Source: an uncultured cyanobacterium (lineage in GTDB: Bacteria > Cyanobacteriota > Cyanobacteriia > PCC-9006 > JAAUQQ01). Taken from it: a stretch of 64,000 bases of DNA. The notes under the pieces are model-generated. The model searched no databases. It worked only from the letters and a program-made list of their open reading frames with translations, and was not told where the DNA came from. Positions 1 to 9,092 of the stretch are shown here, piece after piece. The DNA lies in contig OY970368.1 in assembly GCA_963718615.1 (NCBI GenBank), positions 1,056,001 to 1,120,000 of the forward strand. The letters run 5' to 3'. The translations under genes were made by a program, and so were the position numbers. How positions within the stretch are numbered: the first letter of the stretch is position 1; the number at the start of each line of letters is the position of its first letter.

Positions 1-267
1 TAGTGCAGGTTTGGGTAGATGTATAAGAGTCTCTAAAGCAACATCAATTCCTTTAGTCTCAGTTACACTGATAGGAGAATGAGCATAGACCATTTTAAGC
101 GATTCAATTAGTCGAGCTTCATAGAAATGTAATCTCAGTTCACTAGGTAACTGTAAATTCAAAATTGAACAGAAGCCATGAGCAGCAGCCCATTCAATTT
201 GTCTTACTGAAAGTTCACCACCAATACTATAGTGTGAGTTTACCAAGCGAATACTCTTAGTAAGCAT
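1..267 (-). CDS. DUF442/beta-lactamase-hydrolase-like (PTP-fold) putative sulfurtransferase/phosphatase, 3' end outside window
   Basis: Not in ORF track. Manual translation from ATG at 267 (GGAGAA RBS upstream): MLTKSIRLVNSHYSIGGELSVRQIEWAAAHGFCSILNLQLPSE...MVYAHSPI...LPKPAL, matching the GFxSxLNLRxPxE...Y.x.P...LPKPxL pattern of DUF442; sits in a sulfur cluster. Confidence 0.65.
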   Translation of the reverse strand, partial: MLTKSIRLVNSHYSIGGELSVRQIEWAAAHGFCSILNLQLPSELRLHFYEARLIESLKMVYAHSPISVTETKGIDVALETLIHLPKPAL

Positions 268-1007
268 AATTTCTCCTTATTTCTCCTTGGAGTATTAGGA
301 TATTTAATATCTCTTCGATATTAAATTCGATAGTCTACGCTCTCCAGTTATATTGAGAGCCGCATGACTTAAAAAGTGTTTGAGAAAAGTTTTCCTTTGT
401 TCATATAACAAGTAGAAGTGGATCCTAAGTAAGCTATAGATTAGCTGCGGAATTAAAGTCAGAACAATGAGATAGCTGCGGCCACAAGACCATTGCTTGT
501 TCCTCGACCTCGATCGCCATAAGTCGTCCATCAATAGAGATGGAGAGTTCGTAGTGACAATGCTTCGTAAGATACTCATAGAATGATGGCTTTAATTGAC
601 AAGGACTGAGCATGGGAGAGTTCAACTCTAAAAATGAAGACAGTACAAGTAGATCGTTAAACCCAGGTGATCTGAATCTCCTGGGACGATAACTAATTCC
701 ATCCTAAGGAATATCAAAAATACTAGGAAACTTGGCGTATTGCAGTCTCTTAAACTCTGTAAATAACAGAGAACTAGTAACGGAATGAATTATGGCATAG
801 CCATGCTCACCTTGGCAGTACAATCAACTACCTTAAAAATGTTACTTATTGCACATTTTGTGGCGTGAAGAACTTAAGGATTGGAAACAAAGGTAAACAA
901 CTTACTAGGGTGTGTTTCAGATTACAACTTTTGAGTATCTGAAAATGCTGCAATTCAGGTGAAGCTATAGACATACTGAAAGCTGTCTGTAGCTAATAAA
1001 GACGTTC

Positions 1008-2123
1008 ATGGATTTCCTGAAAGTGTTGCTTCCCTTAAATGAGGCTCGTAAAGTGCAGAATTTTCTCCCTGTTCAAGTACTAAGACAACCCTCTATAGTC
1101 ATTGCCTCTACTGCCTTTTCCATAATTGCAGTATCAGGTCCCGTATTAGCAGGTTCTCAAGATCTAATCTCACAAAATAAAAAGGTTGAGATTACGCTCG
1201 CATCCTATGCTGTTACCAAAGCTGCCTATGACAAAATCATTCCTAAGTTCACAGCTGAGTGGAAAAAGAAAACCGGTCAAGATGTGGTTATTAAAACCAG
1301 TTATGGTGGTTCTGGAAGTCAAACAAGAGCTGTAATTGATGGCTTACAAGCAGATGTTGTCGCTCTGGCTCTAGCTTCAGACCACTCAAAGATCGAAAAA
1401 GCAGGTTTGATTCAGCCAGGTTGGGAAAAGGAAGCTCCCAATAACTCAATAGTAACTAACTCTGTTATTGCATTAGAAACACGAGATGGTAATCCCAAGA
1501 AAATTCAAGGATGGAAAGATTTGGCGAAGCCAGGTGTCACGGTTATTACAGCCAACCCTCAGACTTCAGGTGGGGCAAAATGGAATTTCCTTGGTATTTG
1601 GGGTTCAGTAGCTAGATCAGGGCAAAGCGAGACTCAAGCTCAGAGTTTCGCAACCCAAATTTACAGAAATGTACCAATTCTTCCTAAGGATGCCAGAGAG
1701 GCTAGCGATACATTCTACAAAAAGAAACAGGGCGATGTTTTACTTAACTATGAAAATGAAGTAATTTTAGCTGCAAAAAGGGAGCAAACTAATTCTTCTT
1801 ACATCGTTCCTTCACCAAATATTAAAGTTGAGGGGCCAGTCGCAGTTGTAGACAAGATAGTTGATAAACGTGGAACACGTAAGGTTTCAGAAGCATTTGT
1901 CAATTATTTGTTTACACAAACAGCACAACGTGAGTTTGCATCGTTAGGGTTCCGTCCTGTCAACTCTACTGTATCTAAAGAGTTTGCAAATCGTTTTCCA
2001 AAAGTCTCTAATCTTTTTTCAGTGCGGGATTTAGGAGGATGGAACAATGTTGATAAAAAGTTTTTCAGCGATGGGGGAATCTTCAGTAAGGTTCTAGCAA
2101 GTCGAAAACAAGTTTCTAAGTAA
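1008..2123 (+). CDS. sbp: Sulfate/thiosulfate ABC transporter substrate-binding protein (copy 1)
   Basis: SYGGSGSQTRAVIDGL, NPQTSGGAKWNFL and DVLLNYENE motifs. Confidence 0.93.
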   Translation: MDFLKVLLPLNEARKVQNFLPVQVLRQPSIVIASTAFSIIAVSGPVLAGSQDLISQNKKVEITLASYAVTKAAYDKIIPKFTAEWKKKTGQDVVIKTSYGGSGSQTRAVIDGLQADVVALALASDHSKIEKAGLIQPGWEKEAPNNSIVTNSVIALETRDGNPKKIQGWKDLAKPGVTVITANPQTSGGAKWNFLGIWGSVARSGQSETQAQSFATQIYRNVPILPKDAREASDTFYKKKQGDVLLNYENEVILAAKREQTNSSYIVPSPNIKVEGPVAVVDKIVDKRGTRKVSEAFVNYLFTQTAQREFASLGFRPVNSTVSKEFANRFPKVSNLFSVRDLGGWNNVDKKFFSDGGIFSKVLASRKQVSK

Positions 2124-2340
2124 TTATCTAACGACTCCTACCTACGAGAGTATCCTACCAAACTGCTGGATATAATTGACTTATCTGGCCTAATTCCCTT
2201 ATGTTGCTACTACGACGAGGCTATATAAGGTAACAATAGGATACTCTCGCTCTTTAGAAAAGAAATAAAACTTACTAGATCTCAAAGTTATTAATGCAAT
2301 TAAAAAAAGTTAAAACGTATGCAGTGTGAAGAATTAAGGT

Positions 2341-3327
2341 TCACTTAATATTTACAGCCGCACTTTTTGCTCTATAATGAGAGCAAGCTCCTAAAGAATT
2401 CGAAAATATTCCTGTACTAAGATAACGTTCCCCAAAACTAGGCTGTATAAAAACTACTAACTTATCAGCATTTTCGCTTCGCTTTGCAATCTGAATTGCT
2501 GCGTATAGAGCAGCACCGGAAGAGATCCCAGAAAGTATTCCTTCCTCTCGTGCTAGTCTACATGTATAAGTGATTGCTGCCTCACTTCTAACTTGAACTA
2601 CCTCATCAATTAGGTCGATCTTCAAGATATCAGGGATGAATCCAGCACCCAGACCTTGAATTTGGTGAGGGCCTGGCTTTCCACCTGATAAAACCGGGCT
2701 TTCCGCTGGTTCAACCGCAATAATTTGAAATTTCGGTTTTCTGGGTTTTAAAGCCTCTGCAATTCCAGTGATTGTTCCTCCGGTACCAACACCAGCAACC
2801 ACAATATCAACTTGACCATCAGTATCATTCCAGATTTCCTCTGCTGTTGTGTGCCGGTGAACGCTGACATTTGCCTTATTGCTAAACTGCTGTAGCACAA
2901 AAGAATCAGGCAAAGAATTGGCAATTGCCGAAGCTTTAGCGATTGCACCTTTCATTCCTTTAGATCCCTCAGTTAGCTCAATACGAGCCCCATAGGAACG
3001 AATTAGCAATTGATGCTCATAGCTCATCGTATCAGGCATCGTTAGGATTAACTGATACCCCTTTATAGCTGCAACTAGAGCCAAGGCTACTCCTGTATTG
3101 CCTAAAGTCGGCTCTACTAAAACCGTCTTTCCTGGCTCAATTAATCCCGATTTCTCTGCTGCTTCAAGCATACTCATTGCAACCCGATCCTTAACAGACG
3201 AGGATGGATTTAGACCCTCTAGTTTTGCAACAACTCTAGCCCTACAGCCTTCACTTTGAGGTATACGATTCAAATAAACTAAAGGTGTTTTTCCGATTGT
3301 ATTCAAAACATTATACGCAATATTCAT
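2341..3327 (-). CDS. cysK: Cysteine synthase A (O-acetylserine thiol-lyase), atypical substrate loop
   Basis: IGKTPLV, SVKDR (PLP Lys), GVGTGGT, HQIQGLGAGF motifs; EPTLGNTG instead of EPTSGNTG. Confidence 0.9.
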   Translation of the reverse strand: MNIAYNVLNTIGKTPLVYLNRIPQSEGCRARVVAKLEGLNPSSSVKDRVAMSMLEAAEKSGLIEPGKTVLVEPTLGNTGVALALVAAIKGYQLILTMPDTMSYEHQLLIRSYGARIELTEGSKGMKGAIAKASAIANSLPDSFVLQQFSNKANVSVHRHTTAEEIWNDTDGQVDIVVAGVGTGGTITGIAEALKPRKPKFQIIAVEPAESPVLSGGKPGPHQIQGLGAGFIPDILKIDLIDEVVQVRSEAAITYTCRLAREEGILSGISSGAALYAAIQIAKRSENADKLVVFIQPSFGERYLSTGIFSNSLGACSHYRAKSAAVNIK

Positions 3328-3630
3328 GCTGCGATGACTCCTAAAAGCTGAATCTTTGATACATTCTAGTTCGCAAAACTAAGATTTTTGCGTAATAGCG
3401 GCTACCGAGTCTTTGTTTTGTATTCATCAGCGTTTCAGATGAAATCTTTATGAAACAAGAAAAACATACAATCATTCAGTTTAAGGTCGTTAAGCCTTAA
3501 AGTGTACGACTTAGCACATTTACTAGTACATAGTAGTGATTCTATGCTGCTTGTAAAGCCATCATTACAAACAGAGTAAAATCCATGCTCATCTTAATTT
3601 TCTCCTTACGATGAAACATCTACCATTATT

Positions 3631-4647
3631 TTAGATTTGATATTGTAATGGAAAAGCCTTTGCATTCTTAGGTTTAATATAAATCTGAGTTTTAGGCTGT
3701 AGATTTAACTCTCTAAAACGATCGCGACTCAAGTTTGCCACTAAAGTTTGTCCATCTCCTAAAGTTAAGTCTAACTGAATTTCCCAACCAAGATGAGTAA
3801 TTCGATCAACGAGTGCGTCAACATATCCCTCTGCAGGCAGTCGATTAATATCTACATCATGAGGACGTAAAAAAACCTCTCGACTTTCTGTAGTAAAGTT
3901 GTTTCCCTGAAATATAGGTGTATTTAGAGGAAGTATATTAACAGGCCCAATGAAGCTCATAACAAATGGTGTAGCTGGCTGATCATATATTTCCGCAGGG
4001 CTTCCAATTTGTTCAACTCGACCCTGATTCATCACAACAATCTGGTCAGCTACCTCCATTGCTTCCTCCTGATCATGAGTCACAAATACTGTCGTGACAT
4101 GCACCTCATCATGCAAACGACGCAACCAAACTCGAAGGTCCTTGCGAACTTTTGCATCTAACGCTCCAAAGGGTTCGTCTAGCAACAGGACCTTAGGTTC
4201 CACTGCTAAAGCACGAGCAAGCGCAACTCGTTGTCGTTGACCTCCAGACAATTGGGATGGGTAGCGATCGCCCAACCCTGCTAACTGCACCAGGGCCAAA
4301 AGCTCCTCAACTCGATGCCTAATTCGAGCCTTAGGAGATTTACGGATACGCAGGCCAAAGCCAATATTTTCACGGACAGTCATGTGCTTAAACAAGGCGT
4401 AGTGCTGGAAGACAAACCCAATGTTGCGATCTTGCACACTTTGGTGAGTGGCATCCGCCCCCGGCAAGAAAATTCTTCCCTCATCCGGCTCTTCTAATCC
4501 CGCAATTACCCGCAGCAGTGTTGACTTTCCGGAACCTGAAGGCCCCAACAAGGCGACCAAAGAGCCCGTATCAACTTGAACATTCACCCGATCTAAAGCA
4601 GAAAAGCTTCCAAAGCGCTTGGAGACTTGCTCAACAAAGATTCCCAT
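3631..4647 (-). CDS. cysA: Sulfate ABC transporter ATP-binding protein
   Basis: Walker [42 protein letters not shown]-terminal TOBE-like region. Confidence 0.95.
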   Translation of the reverse strand: MGIFVEQVSKRFGSFSALDRVNVQVDTGSLVALLGPSGSGKSTLLRVIAGLEEPDEGRIFLPGADATHQSVQDRNIGFVFQHYALFKHMTVRENIGFGLRIRKSPKARIRHRVEELLALVQLAGLGDRYPSQLSGGQRQRVALARALAVEPKVLLLDEPFGALDAKVRKDLRVWLRRLHDEVHVTTVFVTHDQEEAMEVADQIVVMNQGRVEQIGSPAEIYDQPATPFVMSFIGPVNILPLNTPIFQGNNFTTESREVFLRPHDVDINRLPAEGYVDALVDRITHLGWEIQLDLTLGDGQTLVANLSRDRFRELNLQPKTQIYIKPKNAKAFPLQYQI

Positions 4648-4659
4648 AGTACAAAAACA

Positions 4660-4689
4660 CTCTTTTAATCTACGGTTTGTCGGTCGATT
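4660..4689 (-). promoter_or_regulatory. Candidate shared regulatory box upstream of cysA
   Basis: Minus strand reads CGACCGACAAACCGTAGATTAAAAGAG; the core ACCGTAGATTAAA is identical to 4938-4950 on the plus strand upstream of sbp copy 2. Confidence 0.5.
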
Positions 4690-4814
4690 TATCGTACTTT
4701 ACATGAACAGAGAGCTGTCCTCACAGAAGTTTCCAGCACCTTGGCTGCTACCTAAAAACCCTAAAGCTCTACCTGGAATAGCTTTGGACAGCTTTTGGAA
4801 AACAGTTCAGACTT

Positions 4815-4868
4815 GATTTAAATCATAATTGAATTACAAATGAAATGCAATTCAATTATGATTAAATC
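4815..4868. repeat. Long AT-rich inverted repeat in the cysA/sbp divergent region
   Basis: AATCATAATTGAATT (4821-4835) and AATTCAATTATGATT (4849-4863) are perfect reverse complements, extendable by GATTT/AAATC with one bulge. Confidence 0.85.
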
Positions 4869-4925
4869 TAAGGGTTGATCTCAAAAAGCCTTGGTGCTAG
4901 TATCGGATGACCAAAACATCACTAT

Positions 4926-4953
4926 TCCGATCAACTTACCGTAGATTAAAGAG
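4926..4953 (+). promoter_or_regulatory. Candidate shared regulatory box upstream of sbp copy 2
   Basis: TCCGATCAACTTACCGTAGATTAAAGAG, mirrored upstream of cysA. Confidence 0.5.
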
Positions 4954-4963
4954 AGATAGGCTC

Positions 4964-6118
4964 ATGATTAAATGCCCGAACAGCTTTCAGAGCAAGTATT
5001 TTGACTCTACGCTCCTTCAGAAAATGCAAAAATTTCACCTTTTCGGCATACCTCGTCGTCGCTTCTTGGCACTTCTGCTCACTTCGACTTTGGTTAGTGG
5101 CAGTATCACCGCTTGTGCGACCAACTCCGAGTTGCAGGAGTCTAGCGCTAGGGCAGTAGCAAATACCTCGGGAGCAAGTAAGCCTGACGTAGAATTAACG
5201 TTGGTCTCTTTTGCAGTGACTAAAGCAGCTCATGATGCGATCATTCCGAAATTTGTTGACAAATGGCAGCAAGAACATCAGCAAACAGTCAAGTTTAACC
5301 AAAGCTATGGTGGCTCTGGTTCCCAGACTCGGGCTGTTATTGATGGTTTAGAGGCAGATATTGTTCATCTCGCAATTGGTTCAGACGTTCAAAAAATTTC
5401 AGAGGCTGGGCTCATTGAAACGGGTTGGGACCAGGAATTTCCAGCTAATAGTGTAGTTTCCCGCTCCGTTGCAGCTTTAGTAACCCGTGAGGGTAATCCC
5501 AAAAATATCAATAGCTGGCAAGATTTAGCGAAGCCAGATATTAAATTCATCACGGCTGACCCCAAAACGTCAGGGGTGGCTCGTTGGAATTTCCTTGCCC
5601 TTTGGAATGCAGGGCTAAAATCAGGGGGCGATGAATCTGCTGCTCAGGCTTTTGTGACACAAGCTTATCGAAATGTTCCCATTCTGACTAAAAATGCGAG
5701 AGAAGCAACGGATGTTTTCCTCAAGCAAGGGCAGGGTGATGCCCTGATTAACTATGAAAATGAGGTTCTTCTAGCGATTCAGAGTGGAGAGAATCCTTCT
5801 TATATCATTCCAGAACCAAACATTTCTATTGATAATCCTATTGCGATTGTTGATAAGAACGTTGACAAGCATGGAAACCGGGAAGTTGCGGAAGCTTTTG
5901 TACAGTTTCTGTTTTCCCCAGAAGCTCAGGCCGAATTTGCTAATTTTGGGTTTCGGCCTGCGGATGAGGCTGTTTTAAGTGCCAACAAAGAGCGAGAACA
6001 AAAATATCCTAAGGTTAATCAGCTTGCCCAAAGTCAAGATTTTGGTGATTGGAATGCAATTGAAAATAAATTCTTTCAAGACGGTGCTATTTTTGATCAA
6101 ATTCAGCAGTCAAAGTAA
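4964..6118 (+). CDS. sbpA: Sulfate ABC transporter substrate-binding lipoprotein (copy 2)
   Basis: Sbp motifs SYGGSGSQTRAVIDGL and DPKTSGVARWNFL; lipobox-like ITAC. Start moved from 4907 to ATG 4964 (5024 also possible) because the candidate regulatory box lies at 4926-4953. Confidence 0.92.
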   Translation: MIKCPNSFQSKYFDSTLLQKMQKFHLFGIPRRRFLALLLTSTLVSGSITACATNSELQESSARAVANTSGASKPDVELTLVSFAVTKAAHDAIIPKFVDKWQQEHQQTVKFNQSYGGSGSQTRAVIDGLEADIVHLAIGSDVQKISEAGLIETGWDQEFPANSVVSRSVAALVTREGNPKNINSWQDLAKPDIKFITADPKTSGVARWNFLALWNAGLKSGGDESAAQAFVTQAYRNVPILTKNAREATDVFLKQGQGDALINYENEVLLAIQSGENPSYIIPEPNISIDNPIAIVDKNVDKHGNREVAEAFVQFLFSPEAQAEFANFGFRPADEAVLSANKEREQKYPKVNQLAQSQDFGDWNAIENKFFQDGAIFDQIQQSK

Positions 6119-6127
6119 CCTAACCTA

Positions 6128-6988
6128 ATGACAACTCAAATTACACCACGTCTTGCATGGCATTTTCTGGTAGCAAAAGGGGCCAAGGTGCCAGCACTGT
6201 CCGTGAATTGGGGAGTAATGATAAGCTACTTGTTTATCATGCTTTTATTACCCATTCTCTGTCTGATTAACCGAGCGGCAATCGTTCCGTTTCCAGAGTT
6301 CTGGCGGATTGCAACCGCACCAGTGGCAATCAAAACCTATGAAGTTACTTTTGTAACAGCTCTTTTCACAGCTCTGATTAATGGCCTATTTGGAACTCTG
6401 ATTGCCTGGGTTTTAGTTCGTTATTCTTTCCCCCTCAAACGCTGGATCGAAGCATCTATCGATTTACCCTTTGCTTTACCCACGGCGGTGGCAGGACTAA
6501 CCTTGGCAACGGTCTATAGTGACCAAGGCTGGATTGGCGCTTGGTTTTCACCCTTTGGGATTCAGATTTCCTTTTCCCGGTTAGGCGTTGCGATCGCCAT
6601 GCTCTACATTTCGCTTCCCTTTGTAGTACGAACAGTACAGCCTGTTTTGATGGAAATTGAAAAAGAAATCGAAGAAGCAGCTTGGAGTTTGGGAGCATCA
6701 TCTCAGCAAACGTTTCTTCAGGTGATTCTCCCTCCCATTATGCCCGCCATTTTAACAGGCATTGCACTGGGGTTCTCCCGCGCAGTTGGTGAGTATGGTT
6801 CAGTAGTAATTATTTCTTCCAATACCCCTTTCAAAGATTTGATTGCTCCTGTATTGATCTTTCAACGTCTTGAACAATATGACTATGGGGGAGCAACTGT
6901 CATTGGATTTGTTCTGATGTTAATTTCCTTAGCAGTTCTCCTGTTGATTAATCTGTTGCAAGCCTGGAGTAGACGCTATGCCGAGTAA
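6128..6988 (+). CDS. cysT: Sulfate ABC transporter permease CysT
   Basis: DLPFALPTAVAGLTL, EEAAWSLGAS (EAA loop), SRAVGEYGSV. Confidence 0.95.
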   Translation: MTTQITPRLAWHFLVAKGAKVPALSVNWGVMISYLFIMLLLPILCLINRAAIVPFPEFWRIATAPVAIKTYEVTFVTALFTALINGLFGTLIAWVLVRYSFPLKRWIEASIDLPFALPTAVAGLTLATVYSDQGWIGAWFSPFGIQISFSRLGVAIAMLYISLPFVVRTVQPVLMEIEKEIEEAAWSLGASSQQTFLQVILPPIMPAILTGIALGFSRAVGEYGSVVIISSNTPFKDLIAPVLIFQRLEQYDYGGATVIGFVLMLISLAVLLLINLLQAWSRRYAE

Positions 6989-7841
6989 AAATACATTTAG
7001 AAGAGCTCAGACTTTTCTCCAGCATTATCGACAGCATTTGGTGACCACAATCCTGATCAGCCTTTCTCTGTTTTATATTGCTTTAGTTCTTTATATTCCG
7101 ACTGCAAATGTTTTTGCCCGAGCTTTTCAAAAGGGTTTAGGTCCTTTAATTTCTAATCTCAATAGTCCTGACTTTTTGCATGCCGCTAAACTTACTGTAA
7201 TCCTTGCACTTATTGCTGTTCCCCTAAATACAGTTTTTGGTCTTTGTACTGCTTTGGCGATCGCCCGCAGACAGTTTCCAGGGCGAACCTTGCTACTCAG
7301 TATTATCGATCTCCCCTTTTCAATTTCTCCTGTAGTTGTGGGCCTAATGTTAGTTTTACTTTATGGTCGTTTAGGGTGGTTTGGCCCCTGGCTAGAGGCC
7401 AATAATTTCAAGGTCCTCTTTGCCTTTCCGTCTATGCTCCTCGCTACCATTATTGTCTCAATGCCTTTCGTTGCTCGTGAAGTGTTGCCAGTACTAGAGG
7501 AAACAGGAGAGGAAGAAGAGGAGGCCGCTAAACTTTTGGGAGCAAATAGCTGGCAAACCTTTTGGTATATAACGCTCCCCAATATTCGTTGGGGTCTTTT
7601 ATATGGCGTTATTTTGACTAATGCAAGAGCAATGGGGGAATTTGGTGCCGTTGCTGTCGTCTCTGGAAATATTACGGGGAAAACTCAAAGTTTGCCATTA
7701 TTTGTAGAAGAATCCTATGTCCAATATGCCACTGAATCAGCCTACTCAGCAGCCGTAATTTTGGTGTTACTTGCATTAGTAACTTTGGTGCTTAAGAGCT
7801 TTATGGAACGTAAGGTTAATGCTCGTCATCGAGCGCTATAA
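6978..7841 (+). CDS. cysW: Sulfate ABC transporter permease CysW
   Basis: DLPFSISPVVVG, PFVAREVLP, NARAMGEFGAV. Confidence 0.95.
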   Translation: MPSKNTFRRAQTFLQHYRQHLVTTILISLSLFYIALVLYIPTANVFARAFQKGLGPLISNLNSPDFLHAAKLTVILALIAVPLNTVFGLCTALAIARRQFPGRTLLLSIIDLPFSISPVVVGLMLVLLYGRLGWFGPWLEANNFKVLFAFPSMLLATIIVSMPFVAREVLPVLEETGEEEEEAAKLLGANSWQTFWYITLPNIRWGLLYGVILTNARAMGEFGAVAVVSGNITGKTQSLPLFVEESYVQYATESAYSAAVILVLLALVTLVLKSFMERKVNARHRAL

Positions 7842-7885
7842 ATGATTGCTTGTCTGGAGAATGAAAAGGATCATTTTAAGGTTAA

Positions 7886-8473
7886 ATGAATCATCGAATA
7901 CTTTGCCAAACTGGAACAAGCAGGAAGTTCAGAAAACGCGATCGCCTCCCCTTAGATTCAAGATATTTTTGGGATATAGAAAGTGGCTTCGTGCGTACTT
8001 TGACATGGTTAGAAGATGGCACTGTCATTAATCTTGGTCTTTGGGGAGTAGGGCATAAAGTCGGACAAGCTTTATCCAATATTCGTCCTCTTGAGATTGA
8101 GTGTCTCAGTCCTGTTTTGGCGAAGGTGATTCTGCTTGAAGATTTTCAAGCAGATTTGCAAATGGAGCGCCAAGTACTGCTCGACCATTTGCAACTCACT
8201 GAGGAACTTGCTTTGATTCGTAGCTATCCCTCAGTAGAGTCTCGACTTCTTCATTTTCTGATGTGGTTAGCAAAAAGATATGGCTATGTCGAGAGTGAAG
8301 GGCAAGCATTAGATTTTTTTCTCAGTCATCAAGACATTGCTGAATATCTTAGTACGACCCGAGTCACAGTTACTAAACTCATGTCCCGTCTAGAAGAACA
8401 CAAGGTTATTCAGCGCTTACCGATGAAAAAGATTGTGATTCAGCCTGAATCTGGCTGGTATTACCAAATTTAG
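7886..8473 (+). CDS. cysR: Crp/Fnr-family regulator, CysR-like
   Basis: C-terminal Crp HTH LSHQDIAEYLSTTRVTVTKLM; GFVRTLTWLEDGT; position in the sulfate permease operon as in Synechococcus elongatus. Confidence 0.8.
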   Translation: MNHRILCQTGTSRKFRKRDRLPLDSRYFWDIESGFVRTLTWLEDGTVINLGLWGVGHKVGQALSNIRPLEIECLSPVLAKVILLEDFQADLQMERQVLLDHLQLTEELALIRSYPSVESRLLHFLMWLAKRYGYVESEGQALDFFLSHQDIAEYLSTTRVTVTKLMSRLEEHKVIQRLPMKKIVIQPESGWYYQI

Positions 8474-8519
8474 ATCCCCTTAAACTCAATTCGTCAATTC
8501 TTGAAAAAGCCCTCAAATC

Positions 8520-8786
8520 ATGCGACATCCTATTCATTTAGAAGTTCCTCAAAAATTCCACCAAGAGCCTGTTCTCTCTCGGTTAGTTTCCGATTATCAA
8601 TTGGTTGTGAATATTCGGGCCGCAGTTCTCGGGAAAAATGGTATTGGTGGCGGCTGGTTTGATTTAGAACTAGAAGGAGAAGCCGATCGCATTGAGGCTG
8701 CACTCCAGTTCCTTCAAGATCTTGGACTAACGCTTTGGGATCAAAATCACCCTGCATCAGATTGGCAACTGTCAGACGATTCTTGA
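8520..8786 (+). CDS. NIL-domain protein
   Basis: EPVLSRLVSDYQLVVNIRAAVL...GWFDLELEG; typical of cyanobacterial sulfate operons. Confidence 0.8.
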   Translation: MRHPIHLEVPQKFHQEPVLSRLVSDYQLVVNIRAAVLGKNGIGGGWFDLELEGEADRIEAALQFLQDLGLTLWDQNHPASDWQLSDDS

Positions 8787-8799
8787 TAGGCATTTTGCA

Positions 8800-8871
8800 T
8801 GGGTGGCCTGGGATTCGAACCCAGAACCAGCGGATTAAGAGTCCGATGCGCTACCGTTGCGCTAGCCACCC
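8800..8871 (-). tRNA. trnK: tRNA-Lys (anticodon CTT)
   Basis: Reverse complement GGGTGGCTAGCGCAACGGTAGCGCATCGGACTCTTAATCCGCTGGTTCTGGGTTCGAATCCCAGGCCACCCA folds as a cloverleaf with a GTTCGAATC T-loop and CTT anticodon; CCA not encoded. Confidence 0.95.
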
Positions 8872-9092
8872 GTGGGTAAAACTATTATATTCCTAATTAT
8901 TTTAGTCCGCTGAGGTAAAAATCGCTCCTGGAGAAGTTGTACGAATCAGACCAAGTCGAGTATCTTGAGACTAAGCTTCTGACCTGTGAAGCAGCGGCTT
9001 ATACACATGATTTAGCCCTAACCCAGCGCTATACTCGGACCAGATCGAATCCCGCAACGGCTTCGCACTTGGTGTTGCTTTTTAATCCTCCT

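Noticed and set aside
304-579. 91-aa ORF
   Set aside because: No RBS or motif, and it overlaps an alternative small ORF; not supportable
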